Assembly (NCBI GenBank): GCA_973895155.1
Contig: OZ316899.1
Coordinates: 7,195,241 to 7,259,240 of the forward strand
Direction: 5' to 3'
Source: Marsupella aquatica
Taxonomy: Eukaryota; Plantae; Marchantiophyta
DNA: 64,000 nt
Part shown: positions 25,937 to 37,273 of the stretch, piece by piece
Layout: each line of letters begins with the position of its first letter
Position numbering within the stretch: the stretch's first letter is position 1
Program-made: the position numbers and the translations under genes
Notes under the pieces: model-generated
Databases searched by the model: none
What the model saw: only the letters and a program-made list of their open reading frames with translations
What the model was told of the DNA's origin: nothing

Positions 25937-26646
25937 TAGTTTTTGGTTAGTTAGCATCCAGATCTAGTTAGGATCAAAATCCGGATTTTTGTTGTAGACC
26001 CGGAAATCCATTTCCAGAAATTTGCCTTGGATTCATTTTCGGATTTTCCTTTGTTGCCACTCCCGGATTTTGATTGACAGTTACTTTTTCTCCCATGAAA
26101 ACCGGAAGTGACACTTTGTGACTTTTGGGATCCTTCCTTTGTGCATCTAAGGAGGAACACAGATCCATTTCCCTCAGTTCTTAGTTTTTGTTGGAAGCAT
26201 AGAAGCTCCTCCTTAGGTGCTCCTGTTGAGCCTTGACCTGTTGTGAGTAGAACTGCAGACTCCTTCTCCTGTTGAGAAGTTAATATTTAGAAAATTTGCC
26301 ATCATACTTTGAAGTTGGATTTTGATTTGAATTACTCATATGGATTCTAGGTAGCATTGAACTCCTGCTGTTTCAGTAGTCGAAATGGAATGTTTCCTTT
26401 TCATGAGTAATTATCTAAATTTGATTGAGAAGTTATCAATTCGACAATCTAGAAATTCTTATGTGTGAGAAGATACCAATTCAAGCATTCTAGTACCGTC
26501 ACCACTTGTTGACCAGAAAGAATTCTTGTTTTAATAACTAGATCTCCATGTAAATTTCTAGTTGATGTTTGATGTTTATTCTAATTTGACCATGTTATGA
26601 GCTTTGTTGCATTCTGAATCTTAAAAATCCAGGATCCTGTTGATTC

Positions 26647-29600
26647 TGTTGTGTGACAATGGAGAGACTTGCAACTCGCTATTGTGTTCCATTATGGGTG
26701 TGACTTATATAGTCACCATAGGGTTACATGTTGGGGTTGGTGTTAACCCATGTTACCCCTTCAGGATAGGGTTAGGGGTTAACCATGGTCTAGAGTAAAT
26801 GGTTACAACACTTCCCCTTGGAGAGTTTAGGGGTATAAAATCACCACACTACTAACCCTATGTTTATTTTTGGTGCTACCCCATTAAAACCTTCTGCTTT
26901 CTTCATAAGGAAAAAGGGTTCTAGCCACCATTAGTAGGATTTTCTTAAATTTGCACTAAGGTGAGTCTACCTTATAATTTGTCCAAATGTAAAGTTTAAT
27001 TTGGGTCCCCTATTACTAAAACTACTTCCCCTTAGTTTAAATGGGGTGTTTACGATAATAATTATTCTATCTTGTATTGGTATGAAAAATCGTATTCTGT
27101 CTATGTATACAGGAATGAAAGTTTTAGGTTGCATCGTCGTCGAGTCGGCTGTCGTCTGTCGGCTCGAGCTGCTCATTCAAACTGTGGAGTTTCTCTCGTT
27201 TGTGTGTCGACGGGCAGGCGCAATGTCGACAATCTTGTCATGCCGATCGCTGCTACGTGCTTTCGATGGAGGCTGGCGGGTAATGGCTTCGTGAATAGAT
27301 CAGCACAGTTCTCCTGGGAGCTCTTCCAGTGCACATTGATGTGCTGCCCTATCTGTTCATGGGTAAAGAAAAATTTTGGGTCGATATGCTTCGTGCGGTC
27401 TGTCTTCATATATCCTGCATTGATTTGGTCCACGCAAGCTTTGTTATCTTCATGGATAATCGTCGGTTTGGTGAGTAGTGGCTTACCAGTATTCTTGCGG
27501 ATGTGGTTTATGATGTTTCGAAGCCATAGCGCTTCTCTTGTTGCTTCGTAAAGAGCTATTACTTCTGAATGATTGGACGATGTGGTAGTCAAGGTTTGTT
27601 TTGTACTGCGCCATGATATTGCTGTGTTGCCTTGCAAGAAGACATAACCAGTCTGAGATTTCGAGTCATGCGGATCGGATAGATATCCAGCGTCCGCGTA
27701 TCCTTGCAGTTCATCCGGGTTATCATTGGCGAAATACAGGCCCATATCCATGGAGCCTTGAAGATAACGAAATAGTCGTTTGATGCCGTTCCAGTGGCGA
27801 ATAGTAGGTTGGGCGCTATGTCGTGCCAAGAGACTCACTGCAAATGAAATGTCGGGACGGGTGTTGTTCGCCAGATAGAGGAGAGCTCCGATTGCAGATA
27901 AATAAGGCTTGTCTGCATCAAGAAGTGGTTCATTTTCTTGTCTCCTTCTAAACATATCTTTAGTGGTGTCCAGGGATCGCATCTCCATGGGAGTCGAGAC
28001 TGAGTAAGCATTCTGCATGTTAAACTGTCGAAGAATTTTCTTTGTGTAAGTTGATTGACTAATAAACATACCTTGTGGCAGGTGGTCGAACTGTAGACCG
28101 AGGCAATACGTCGGTTCTCCCAGTTCTTTCATTTCGAAGATGCCCTTCATTGTATTAATAGTCTGCTTTAATAGCTTGGGGGTGCCGAACAGATTGACGT
28201 CATCAACATATAGTGCTAATATCACGAACTCAGGTGCTAGGTGTTTTATAAAAATGCAAGGGGCGAGGTCGTCATTTATAAAGCCAAGAGTCTGCATCTT
28301 AGTTTTGAATGTCTGATACCAGATGCGTCCGCTCTGTTTCAGTCCGTTTATTGATTTAAGGACTTGCACAGCAAATGCCTGCTGTCCAGTCCCATATTTA
28401 CCTGGGTACTGGAGTGGTTCTTTGAGTGTGTTGCCACTGCTCAACACTAGGCCTTTAATGTCATCATCAGGGACAATCTGTCGAAGTCCCGACTTCATGT
28501 CCTGACTTAGGGTATGTATATTCTTCCCCTGGATGTGCTCTACCACTCTTTCGAGCAATTCCTTTGGATCTTTCATATATATTTCGGAGTCTAAGACTCC
28601 ATATAGGTACGCAGTTACCACGTCCATGAGTATGTTTTTGAGTTTATGCTTTCTTGAAAAAGATATTAAGTACCTAAAGGTAGTTACATCCATAACTGGC
28701 GAATAGGTTAAATCGTAATCCCTTCCAGGGATTTGGGTGTAGCCTTTCGCTACAAGCCTTGCTCGATATCTTATGACATCTCCTTGGGCATTGCGTTTTC
28801 TAACGAATATAAAACGACTATCTGTATAGTCATTCTTTGGTTGTACAACCTTAACTGGGCCGAATACTTGTCTTTTGATTAATGCGTCCATTTCTGTATT
28901 GATAGCCTCTCTCCACTGTGGCCAATCGGGCCTTTTCTGTGCTTCTTTGATTGTATAGGGATCAGGTGTATCATTTGAGATGGATTGGGCTATATGATAA
29001 GCAAACTGCTCGTCTATTATTGTGTTTGATCGAGCATAAATGTGTCCTGTGTGTGTGTATTGAATAGACATTTCTTCATTATCTGGTGCCCTCTTTTTCT
29101 CTGGTTCGATACTGACCAGATTAAATGTGGTTTCAGTATTTACCGTTTGTGTACGTCTCTGGCGAGGGCGAGAATCAGTGGATCCTAGTGGGCGTCCTCT
29201 CTTCGCCTTAGGTAAGGTTTCCTTTGCTTGAGTTGGCAGCAGCTGAATCCGAGCTGGGGTATTGACTGCTTCAACATGTGATCTGGTCACATTTGCTGCG
29301 TCATTGAAAGCGTCAGGAATCTTTTCCAACATTTCGTGGAGATGTAATAAGCGCCTTACCTCCTCGTCTGCACTTTGAGTTCTTGGATCTTGATTGAGTA
29401 GATTTCTGCTATTCCAATTGAGCTGTACTGGTGTTATGTCGTGTGATGTAGTTGGCGCCTTAAGTAATGAGGGGAAAATTTCCTCATAGAAATGGCAGTC
29501 AGCGTGTCTTGCTTTAAATACATCAGCTGTGCTAGGTTCCAGATAGCGGATAAGAGACGAGGAGTCATGGCCAATATAAATACCTTCTCTCCTCTGTGGG

Positions 29601-32433
29601 CCAAGTTTGGATCGATGTGGCCCAAGGATGGGTACCATCACTTTACATCCGAATACTCTAATGTGTGAAAGGTCAGGGGGTAAACCGAATGCAAGGTGAT
29701 GAGGGGTTTTAGTATTAAATGCTGACGGCCGATACTTAAGCAAAGTTGTTGCATGGAGGACAGCGTGTCCCCATGCTGAAGGTGGTAGTTTAGAGTTCAA
29801 TAGAAGTGGCCTTGTTATCATTTGAATCCTTTTTATGACTGACTTTGCTATGCCGTTCTGGAAATGGACGTAAGGAACTGAGTATTCAATGTCGATCCCC
29901 GCTGTCATACAGAAGTCGTCAAATGCTCTGGAGGTAAATTCCCCTGCCCCGTCCACTCGCAATTTCTTAATTGGACAATCTGGGAATTGTACTCGAAGTT
30001 TTAATAAGTTGGCTAAGATTCTGGCAAAGACCAGGTTACGAGTAGAAATTAATGAAACGTGGAGCCATTTAGTTGAAGAGTCTACAATGGCTAAAAAATA
30101 TCTGAAAGGCCCACTTGGAGGGTGTATTGGCCCGCAGACATCAGCATTTAGACGTTCCAGGAATTTAGGGATAGTATAGATGGTCTTTTGTGTAGCTGGG
30201 CGTGTACTCAGCTTCCCCTGAGAACATGCAAGACATTGCTTATGATTTATAGATGGACGCACTCCTTTAGGGATTCCTCGTGAGTCCTTGATGATGCGAC
30301 GGTACATATTTATTCCCGGGTGCCCCAGTCGACAGTGCCAGAGGTATGTAAGATTATTTGATTCTGCTGTGGCATAGTTCGCTGTTATTGGGGCTGCATA
30401 TAAACCCGGGGGTATTAGAGGTAGTATCTCTTTGATTTGAATTCCATCTGTGGTCATGGCTACTATTTGCAAAGTAGGTTTCTGCTGGATCATTGCTGTG
30501 CGGAGTTGATAATTATTAGCAACAACGTCTTTGAAGCTAATCAAATTTCGAGTAGCTTTTGGTGCAAAGATAGCTGCTTCGATGTTAATGACTGTTCCTT
30601 GGGGAAATTTGACAGTAGCCTTTCCTGTTCCTTCCTCAATCTTATTCGTACCTGATATGGTTGTCATTATCCTGGCAGATGGAGTGATATCTTGGAAATA
30701 ACTCCTATCTTTTAGGATAGTGTGGGATGTCCCACTATCAATGATACCTAAATTGGGATCGTTGGAGGAGGGATATGGTGGCTCTTCTGTCACCAGATGA
30801 GCTTCAGCGTTGGATTGGTCTATCGTATCATTTTCTTCTCGATAAGATGGTAGCTCCTCTTCCAATTCCATATAGTTGCCATCTGGATTTTGCTTTAACT
30901 TAGCTCTTGCTTCTGAGTGCCTCTTAGCCGCTTGGTCAGAAGCCCAGCAGTCTTTCTTTAGGTGGCCAATTTTTCCACATCTATAACACATTCGGTCTTC
31001 TCGTGTGTTGTCAGATGATTGGGCGTGACCTCTGCCGCGTCCTCTTCCTCTACCCCGGCCACGGCTTCTGCTGCCTTGACCTCTGGTATTTTCATACTGA
31101 TTTCCCCTTCCACTATAATTTGAGTTGCGACCTCGTCCTCTATATCCACCTCTTTGTGTACCCCGGCCTCTTATATTTCGTTGTTGGTCTTCTGGGGCAT
31201 TGTAATTAATTTCTGGTTTCTGTGGTATAGGTGCAGTGCCTGGTGGTCGTTTCCTTGCATTCTGTATAGAGACAATTTGTTGTTTCTCCTCTACTAGGAG
31301 ATGTGCAATTAAGTTAGAATAAGTTGTGAATTGCATATTCCTGTATTGAGTTCCCAAGGCGATGTTGGCCTCTGGGAAAGTACTCAACGTTTTATCGATT
31401 TTGTCTAAGTCTGCAACTGGGTGGCCACACATCTCCAATTGAGATGTAATACGAAATAGAGAACTATTATAATTTGCTATAGAAGTATGATCCATGACAC
31501 GTAGATTAAACCAATCCCTGCGGGCTTCTGGGAGCCAGACCTCTCGCATATGGTCAAATCGAGCTTTTAATTTGTCCCATAATAGACGGGGATTAAGATC
31601 ACTCATATATTGTGTCTTCAGTGATGGTGTCAAATGCTGTCTAAGTAGAAATACAACTTTGGCCTTCTGTTGCAATGTTAAATTGTCATCAGTAATTAAT
31701 GTATCCTCTAGTTGTATTGATGCGAAGTAGGTCTCTACATCTATTGACCAGGTTAAGTAATTATTGCCATCTGCCAATAGGGCTGGAAAGTGTAATTTCT
31801 CCAGGGTGGCCATAGTATCTCAAATCTGTAACAAATCACTGTCCGCGTTCTGATTAATATCAAATCTATGTCGTTCTCAATTACTTCAATCACTCGTGCC
31901 TTTTTATCCACGGGATTTTCCTTGGCGATAAAAGAAACTCAGGATTTCCGTGGCGGAACAATAAGATATAAAAAAAATTGAGTCGAATTTGAACGGGAAA
32001 ACACTATTTCAAAGTGATTCATGCCTCTCCGATAGTGTCACTAATCAATTATATACGGATTGTGTGTTTTCCGTAAGGATTCGTGGACTATTCAGAGGAT
32101 CCGAAGTTTAAATTATGGTGTGATTTGAATCGGTGGCAGTTACTGATGTGGGGTGGGGCTAAAAACGCAACATTGGAAGTCAATTTCTTTGTCTGAAAGC
32201 CGTACTCCAATTATCCTACCTTAACTCCAAACTGTAAAAAAAAATTTAGATGCTATCGCGCTGATAACGTGTTGTGTGACAATGGAGAGACTTGCAACTC
32301 GCTATTGTGTTCCATTATGGGTGTGACTTATATAGTCACCATAGGGTTACATGTTGGGGTTGGTGTTAACCCATGTTACCCCTTCAGGATAGGGTTAGGG
32401 GTTAACCATGGTCTAGAGTAAATGGTTACAACA
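26647..32433 (-). mobile_element. Ty1/Copia LTR retrotransposon, Bianca-like, full length
   Basis: Apparently identical 164-bp LTRs at 26647-26810 and 32270-32433 (TG..CA); 5-bp TSD GATTC; PPT CAAGGGGAAG; PBS CGTTATCAGCGCG. Confidence 0.97.
27173..31813 (-). CDS. Copia gag-pol polyprotein, 1546 aa, uninterrupted
   Basis: CYRCGKIGHLKKDC knuckle, DSGTSH protease, WHCRLGHP, integrase, YVDD RT, GYADAG RNase H. The N-terminus and FLERLNADVCGPIHPPSGPFRYF are Bianca-like. Confidence 0.97.
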   Translation of the reverse strand: MATLEKLHFPALLADGNNYLTWSIDVETYFASIQLEDTLITDDNLTLQQKAKVVFLLRQHLTPSLKTQYMSDLNPRLLWDKLKARFDHMREVWLPEARRDWFNLRVMDHTSIANYNSSLFRITSQLEMCGHPVADLDKIDKTLSTFPEANIALGTQYRNMQFTTYSNLIAHLLVEEKQQIVSIQNARKRPPGTAPIPQKPEINYNAPEDQQRNIRGRGTQRGGYRGRGRNSNYSGRGNQYENTRGQGSRSRGRGRGRGRGRGHAQSSDNTREDRMCYRCGKIGHLKKDCWASDQAAKRHSEARAKLKQNPDGNYMELEEELPSYREENDTIDQSNAEAHLVTEEPPYPSSNDPNLGIIDSGTSHTILKDRSYFQDITPSARIMTTISGTNKIEEGTGKATVKFPQGTVINIEAAIFAPKATRNLISFKDVVANNYQLRTAMIQQKPTLQIVAMTTDGIQIKEILPLIPPGLYAAPITANYATAESNNLTYLWHCRLGHPGINMYRRIIKDSRGIPKGVRPSINHKQCLACSQGKLSTRPATQKTIYTIPKFLERLNADVCGPIHPPSGPFRYFLAIVDSSTKWLHVSLISTRNLVFARILANLLKLRVQFPDCPIKKLRVDGAGEFTSRAFDDFCMTAGIDIEYSVPYVHFQNGIAKSVIKRIQMITRPLLLNSKLPPSAWGHAVLHATTLLKYRPSAFNTKTPHHLAFGLPPDLSHIRVFGCKVMVPILGPHRSKLGPQRREGIYIGHDSSSLIRYLEPSTADVFKARHADCHFYEEIFPSLLKAPTTSHDITPVQLNWNSRNLLNQDPRTQSADEEVRRLLHLHEMLEKIPDAFNDAANVTRSHVEAVNTPARIQLLPTQAKETLPKAKRGRPLGSTDSRPRQRRTQTVNTETTFNLVSIEPEKKRAPDNEEMSIQYTHTGHIYARSNTIIDEQFAYHIAQSISNDTPDPYTIKEAQKRPDWPQWREAINTEMDALIKRQVFGPVKVVQPKNDYTDSRFIFVRKRNAQGDVIRYRARLVAKGYTQIPGRDYDLTYSPVMDVTTFRYLISFSRKHKLKNILMDVVTAYLYGVLDSEIYMKDPKELLERVVEHIQGKNIHTLSQDMKSGLRQIVPDDDIKGLVLSSGNTLKEPLQYPGKYGTGQQAFAVQVLKSINGLKQSGRIWYQTFKTKMQTLGFINDDLAPCIFIKHLAPEFVILALYVDDVNLFGTPKLLKQTINTMKGIFEMKELGEPTYCLGLQFDHLPQGMFISQSTYTKKILRQFNMQNAYSVSTPMEMRSLDTTKDMFRRRQENEPLLDADKPYLSAIGALLYLANNTRPDISFAVSLLARHSAQPTIRHWNGIKRLFRYLQGSMDMGLYFANDNPDELQGYADAGYLSDPHDSKSQTGYVFLQGNTAISWRSTKQTLTTTSSNHSEVIALYEATREALWLRNIINHIRKNTGKPLLTKPTIIHEDNKACVDQINAGYMKTDRTKHIDPKFFFTHEQIGQHINVHWKSSQENCADLFTKPLPASLHRKHVAAIGMTRLSTLRLPVDTQTRETPQFE

Positions 32434-33514
32434 GATTCTGCTGGGATTGTCATTTTCCATCATCTCTTCTCATGAGTCAATTGAAAAGACATTCTTACTA
32501 GTCCTTTTCCATGTCTTTCTTTAATTATTAGTTTTTGTGCATTGATTACTATCAATCCTCTAGAGAGAGAACTCCCTGGCGAGGTTATGCCGAATCAACA
32601 TCTTATTTGTTCTTTTCAGTACCAATTTGCTTTTCATTAACTCTTACAGGGAACGAATTCAGGTCTTTAGTTGTTAAACGGTTCTTTAACAATCTGACCA
32701 CTTTACCACAGCCGATTATGATTGTATTCGGTAGGAATTGAGAATTTGTTGAGTTTTTTTGTCGCTGGATATGAGTTATTCAAGACTCCATGATTTGAGA
32801 GAAGCCATTTAGCATCCCCTATAGATCTTGGTACCATCTGACATTGTGAGGGCTCGAAAGCCTCAAGTGACCGGGCCATCGCTGTATGCAGATTTTTGTT
32901 GTTGTATTCATGTACAATATTTTATTATTCTATCTAGGCTGTGCCAAGCCAACAAACTGTTGACAACCAACATGGAATAGCAACTATTGAGTGCAATGTC
33001 AGAGGACACTATCAAATACAGGAATGACATGATTCTGTTTTTAATTCCCTGCTTGGATGAGGCGTGGTGTTGCTTGTAATCATGTATTTCTTCACACTAG
33101 AAAAGTAGTCTGTCAGATGAGGTTGTCGGGATTGTCTGTGGGTCATTCATCTTACGGACACCTAGCAATGTCAAATGAAGGGCTCAAATGAGCCATGTTG
33201 TCATTTTGAAATTTGTCTTTCCTTTTGCCATGCTACCCAATTGTCAAACACTTGTCAAGGAGCTTAAGCGGCTTTTCTCCCCAAAAGACTACCTAATACC
33301 TGCTCCATATCATACCAGGGTCACAAAGGATTGACAAAACTTCTGAAATGTGCCTACAATGTCTAATCACTCCATACATAAGTAGTTTCAACTCTCCACT
33401 TCTAGATAGGTAGTCTCTTGACTACTTTTGTACTCACACCCTTCCCCTCTCCTCTACTCCAAGGATCAGCAAGGGGGATCTCCGCTCCAAGCTGTCACCT
33501 TAGAGTAGATTCTC

Positions 33515-34222
33515 ACACAAACACCCAAGAACCAAAAGTACTTTCCTCTTCAAGCTTAAGTCTCCTCAAGACCCTCAAAGTAGTGTTACCCCTCAACCTT
33601 GCCCCCTTGGCCTTGGTTTGGGTCCACACATCCCCTTTGAGCTCTAGAGAAGGCTCTTCTATCTAAGGACTCTTCCTCTTGTACTTACTTTTTGTTAACA
33701 CCACACACCAAGCAAAGTACTTTCCACCCTCAAGCTATAATCATCTCTAAGTCTCAAAGTAGTGCTCTACCTTAACCTTGCCTCCTTGGCCTGGTTTTGT
33801 ACTATAACATCTCCTTCAAGCGTAGACCAAGATTACATCATAGCATGGACTCTTCTCTTGCTCTCATATACTTCAAATGCACTCACACTTAATGGTCACA
33901 ATGAAGATTGGCAAGTCTCCTTTTATTGCATCCCCTTTACAACAAAAGTTCACTACACATTCTCCACACTAAGCATGGACCACCTCTCCCTTCTCAAGCT
34001 TAGCCCTACCTTGGCAAGGTAGAGATTCCACTTAAGAGATGAGACTCCCGGTCCCTAACAAATGAAAACTTCCTCCTTATATACTATTCTCCTTCCACAC
34101 CACACCAAGGTAGCCCACCAAGGACCAAGGACCAAAGTCCTACTAACTACCAAAGTCATACTACAACCAAAGTCCAACTAACTACCAAAGTCACACTACA
34201 ACCAAAGTCCAACTAACTACCA
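33515..34222. repeat. Degenerate ~185-bp duplication (33515-33865) and 17/18-bp CCAAAGTC..ACTA tandem array (~34130-34222)
   Basis: Visible direct repeats. Confidence 0.6.
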
Positions 34223-35909
34223 CTCCTACTCAAGCTCCTCCATCTTGTGATTGCCTGGTCTATTCAACCATCTCCCAGCCGCCCTTATTCTTGACTCATT
34301 CCTGCCTTGTGGTAGCCTCGTCGAAGCGTTTTTACACTTAGTCGGATTTTGTTATTTTGAAAAAAATATAATTCCCCTGGCCCATATTGTACCCACCGCC
34401 AAAAATCACCCATAGGGCTAAAAGGACTTTTGAGTAGATCCATAGATTCTCTGGACATAAGGCTATGTCCTGGTTTACTAAGATCTAAACAAAACCCTAT
34501 AACCAATTTTCTAAAATTAGGTAAAGAGGGTTAATTCTTATGTTTTCCAAAATTCTTCTCAACTTTGAGATGCTCCCAAAAAGTAACCAAAGGTAACCAA
34601 GTTTTCCCACAAGTTTCCAGGTATAGAGTGGACCATATTTAACCTACTTTGCAACTTGGAACCCCTACCTTTTCCCATCAGCTATTTTTCCCGAGACCCG
34701 CTATTTGGTAACTTTAAGTTTTTCCAAAATACTTACAACTCCTAGGTTAAGACTCCACTTGACTTTGTGACTTTTATGTGTGGTCTAGGGACTACCTAGC
34801 ACCTATAGGGTGAGTCTTAGCAAAACTTATCACTCAAAAGTATCGGTCATGTCTTCGGCCTGACTTGCCGACTACCGTAACTTCTTTCTGCCCTTACCAA
34901 ATAACTTACTCAACTCTTGATACTTCTTAGAGAAACATGTCCTCTCCCTCAAATTATTTCCCTACTCTACTTCCCTAGTTATTAAGTTACCCTAAACCTA
35001 ACAACTCTGCTATCACTAAAATTATGTAATTACTACTCCTTGAAAGCAAAAAACTGACGCATTTCCTACTCAAGCCTCTACTGAGCCATTCTACACCAAT
35101 CATTTTGTTAGTCCATGAGTCATGGTTTCCCGTTGCTAAGAGACGTTTAGCTCTATCTCTCAATCCCTCTCCCTCTCTCCCCTCTGACTGCCCAAGTTTT
35201 GCACCAATTCTTCAGTGTCTAGAAAAATGTCCAGGGTGTCTGTCCTATGTCTACATTTCCAAATTAGAATGAAACTACTCTTAAGAAGACTATACTTAGT
35301 GAATCTTCTTTTCCTGTGAAGACATTAGACAAGTGTGCGTCACCTGTAATGGTTTGCATGTTGAACTTACAGGTCCAAATTGTGATTTAATTTTGCTACT
35401 GCCTGAAATTTGTATCTCTTGCCTAAGTCCCAGTTTGCTGGAGTTTTGTTGCTCTCTGTGCTTTGTTGGGCACATTGTTGTGTTTGCCTTGTTTGCTCTG
35501 ATCAGTCTTAGCCTGCTGCGGACAAGGCAGGCAATGAAACTTGTCTATTCAATTTAAAACTTCAGAACCAATGCTTTGCTGAAACTCAATTGTTATTTGT
35601 TCTGTGTTGCCCTTATAGATTTTAAAAAGGCAGGGTGAGTGACCACTATTGGATAGCAAGCGAGGGGTCTGTGCTGCATTTTCATCCTGACAACCAAGTG
35701 TAGAGTTGACTCTTTCTGAATGTTGTAGACCATTCCAATTCATTGTAGTAGCAAATGTCTTTGTACCTTGAATGCTAAATTTTACTTTTTGTGCAGTCTA
35801 CTAAAATGTATAGTCTGTACAGTCTGCTAAAATGTATTGTCTATACAGTCTGCTAAAATGTATTGTTTGTACAGCCTGCTTAATTGTATTGTCTGTCTCA
35901 TGCGTAGGC

Positions 35910-36590
35910 ATGGCACGCCCTAAAATTCAAGCAAAAAAGCGTGTGACAGAGGTGAGCAACACAGGTGTACTTGGGCCACATGCTACTAACTTCTCTGCAA
36001 GTCAGATTTTCCAAAAGGCAGCTCATTGTTATGCCATTTGCAACAATGGTGGGAGCTTGGTCATCTGTGAGGGCCCTTGCATGAGGCATTTCCACCTCAA
36101 CCCAGAGTCTGACCTTGCTGCAAAAAACAACTGTCCAGGGGTGGGCCTCCCGTCAACACACCAGGGAGACTAGATGTGCACTGATTGTTTGGAGAAGCAT
36201 GCTAAGTGTGCACAGTGTGGGAAGTTGGGGTCCTATGAGGGCTCTGTTGATGCTGCACCAGATGTTAGGAAATGTCCAGACCGTTTTTGTGTGAGGTTTT
36301 TCTGTTTTGAGTGTTTGCCTGCTCATGCCACAACTTGCCCACTTCATAGGTGTAAGGCATGTGGTGAGCATGATGATGAGTACTGGGCTGACATAGTCCA
36401 CTGTGCTAGATGCCCCACTATGTGGCACTATCATTGCTTGAAAGATCGTCAAGCAGAGGGTTATGCTTGTGACAGAGAAATCTGTGATCACTGTGCACAT
36501 GGTGTTGATCGATGGATATTTTATTGTCATCGCCATGCCATAGATCCTACTTTGCACACCCCTATCAGAGATCACATTTCTTGGCTTTGA
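35910..36590 (+). pseudogene. EDM2-like composite PHD-finger module (one in-frame stop)
   Basis: AICNNGG..CEGPCMRHFH..C.DC..CAQCGKLGS..CPLHRCKAC..CARCPTMWHYHCL..RWIFYCHRHAIDPTLHTPIRDHI follows the EDM2 PHD region as I recall it (..IYC..HEID..L.TP.RDH). TAG 36171-36173 is in frame. Confidence 0.8.
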
Positions 36591-37273
36591 ACCTAAATAA
36601 TGTACATGCATAGTGCACCTGATGTGGATGTACTCCTTGGAGATTGCAGACATTCCAATTTTGAGAAGAAGGACCTCTGTAGGAGAGGATGCTTAGGCAA
36701 CAATTACCCTAAGTTCATTACTTGTTCCTGGGTACATGCCTTCAAAAACTCCCCTTAAGCCTTCTAGGAACTTTTTTAACTCTGCAATCATTTTGATAAT
36801 GACTTACATGACACTGCTTAAAGTAAATCAGGACTTCTCATTATGAACATATAAGTTAGAAGGCTATTTAATTTGCAAGAATTCCCTTAAAGTGTACCAA
36901 CATTTTGTATTCTGATTGAATGTCCGCCCATTTCCAACATTTGTATGTGGCATCACAAAACAATTGCACTTGTTTTCACCTTCACCATTGTGAAGTCATA
37001 GATTCAAACTATGAGGTGCATCCTTGCAGGTGTCTAGTACGTTTGTCCCATTATTTCTCCAGTTTGGAATCGGAGCAAATACTCACAACAGGACTGGACT
37101 AGACCAACTTAAAAAGGCAGCATTTTAGGGGCCCTCCAATTATCAGGTGAACACATTATCTTCCGGTCTGCAGTGATTAGGTGGGGTGTGTGTACATGGC
37201 CTCTAGGAAACGTACAAAGGTTGACCACCCGCCTCTATTGGCTGGAATCAAAGCCATTTTGATTCCTGGCCAC

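Larger units (their letters stand above)
23771..32843 (+). repeat. G2 3' LTR (interrupted by Copia); right boundary uncertain (32843 or 33325)
   Basis: PPT GGGGAGGGAGTTA then TGTGATACC, 40 bp after the integrase stop; candidate ends ...TCTGACA 32843 or ...GGTCACA 33325. Confidence 0.55.
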
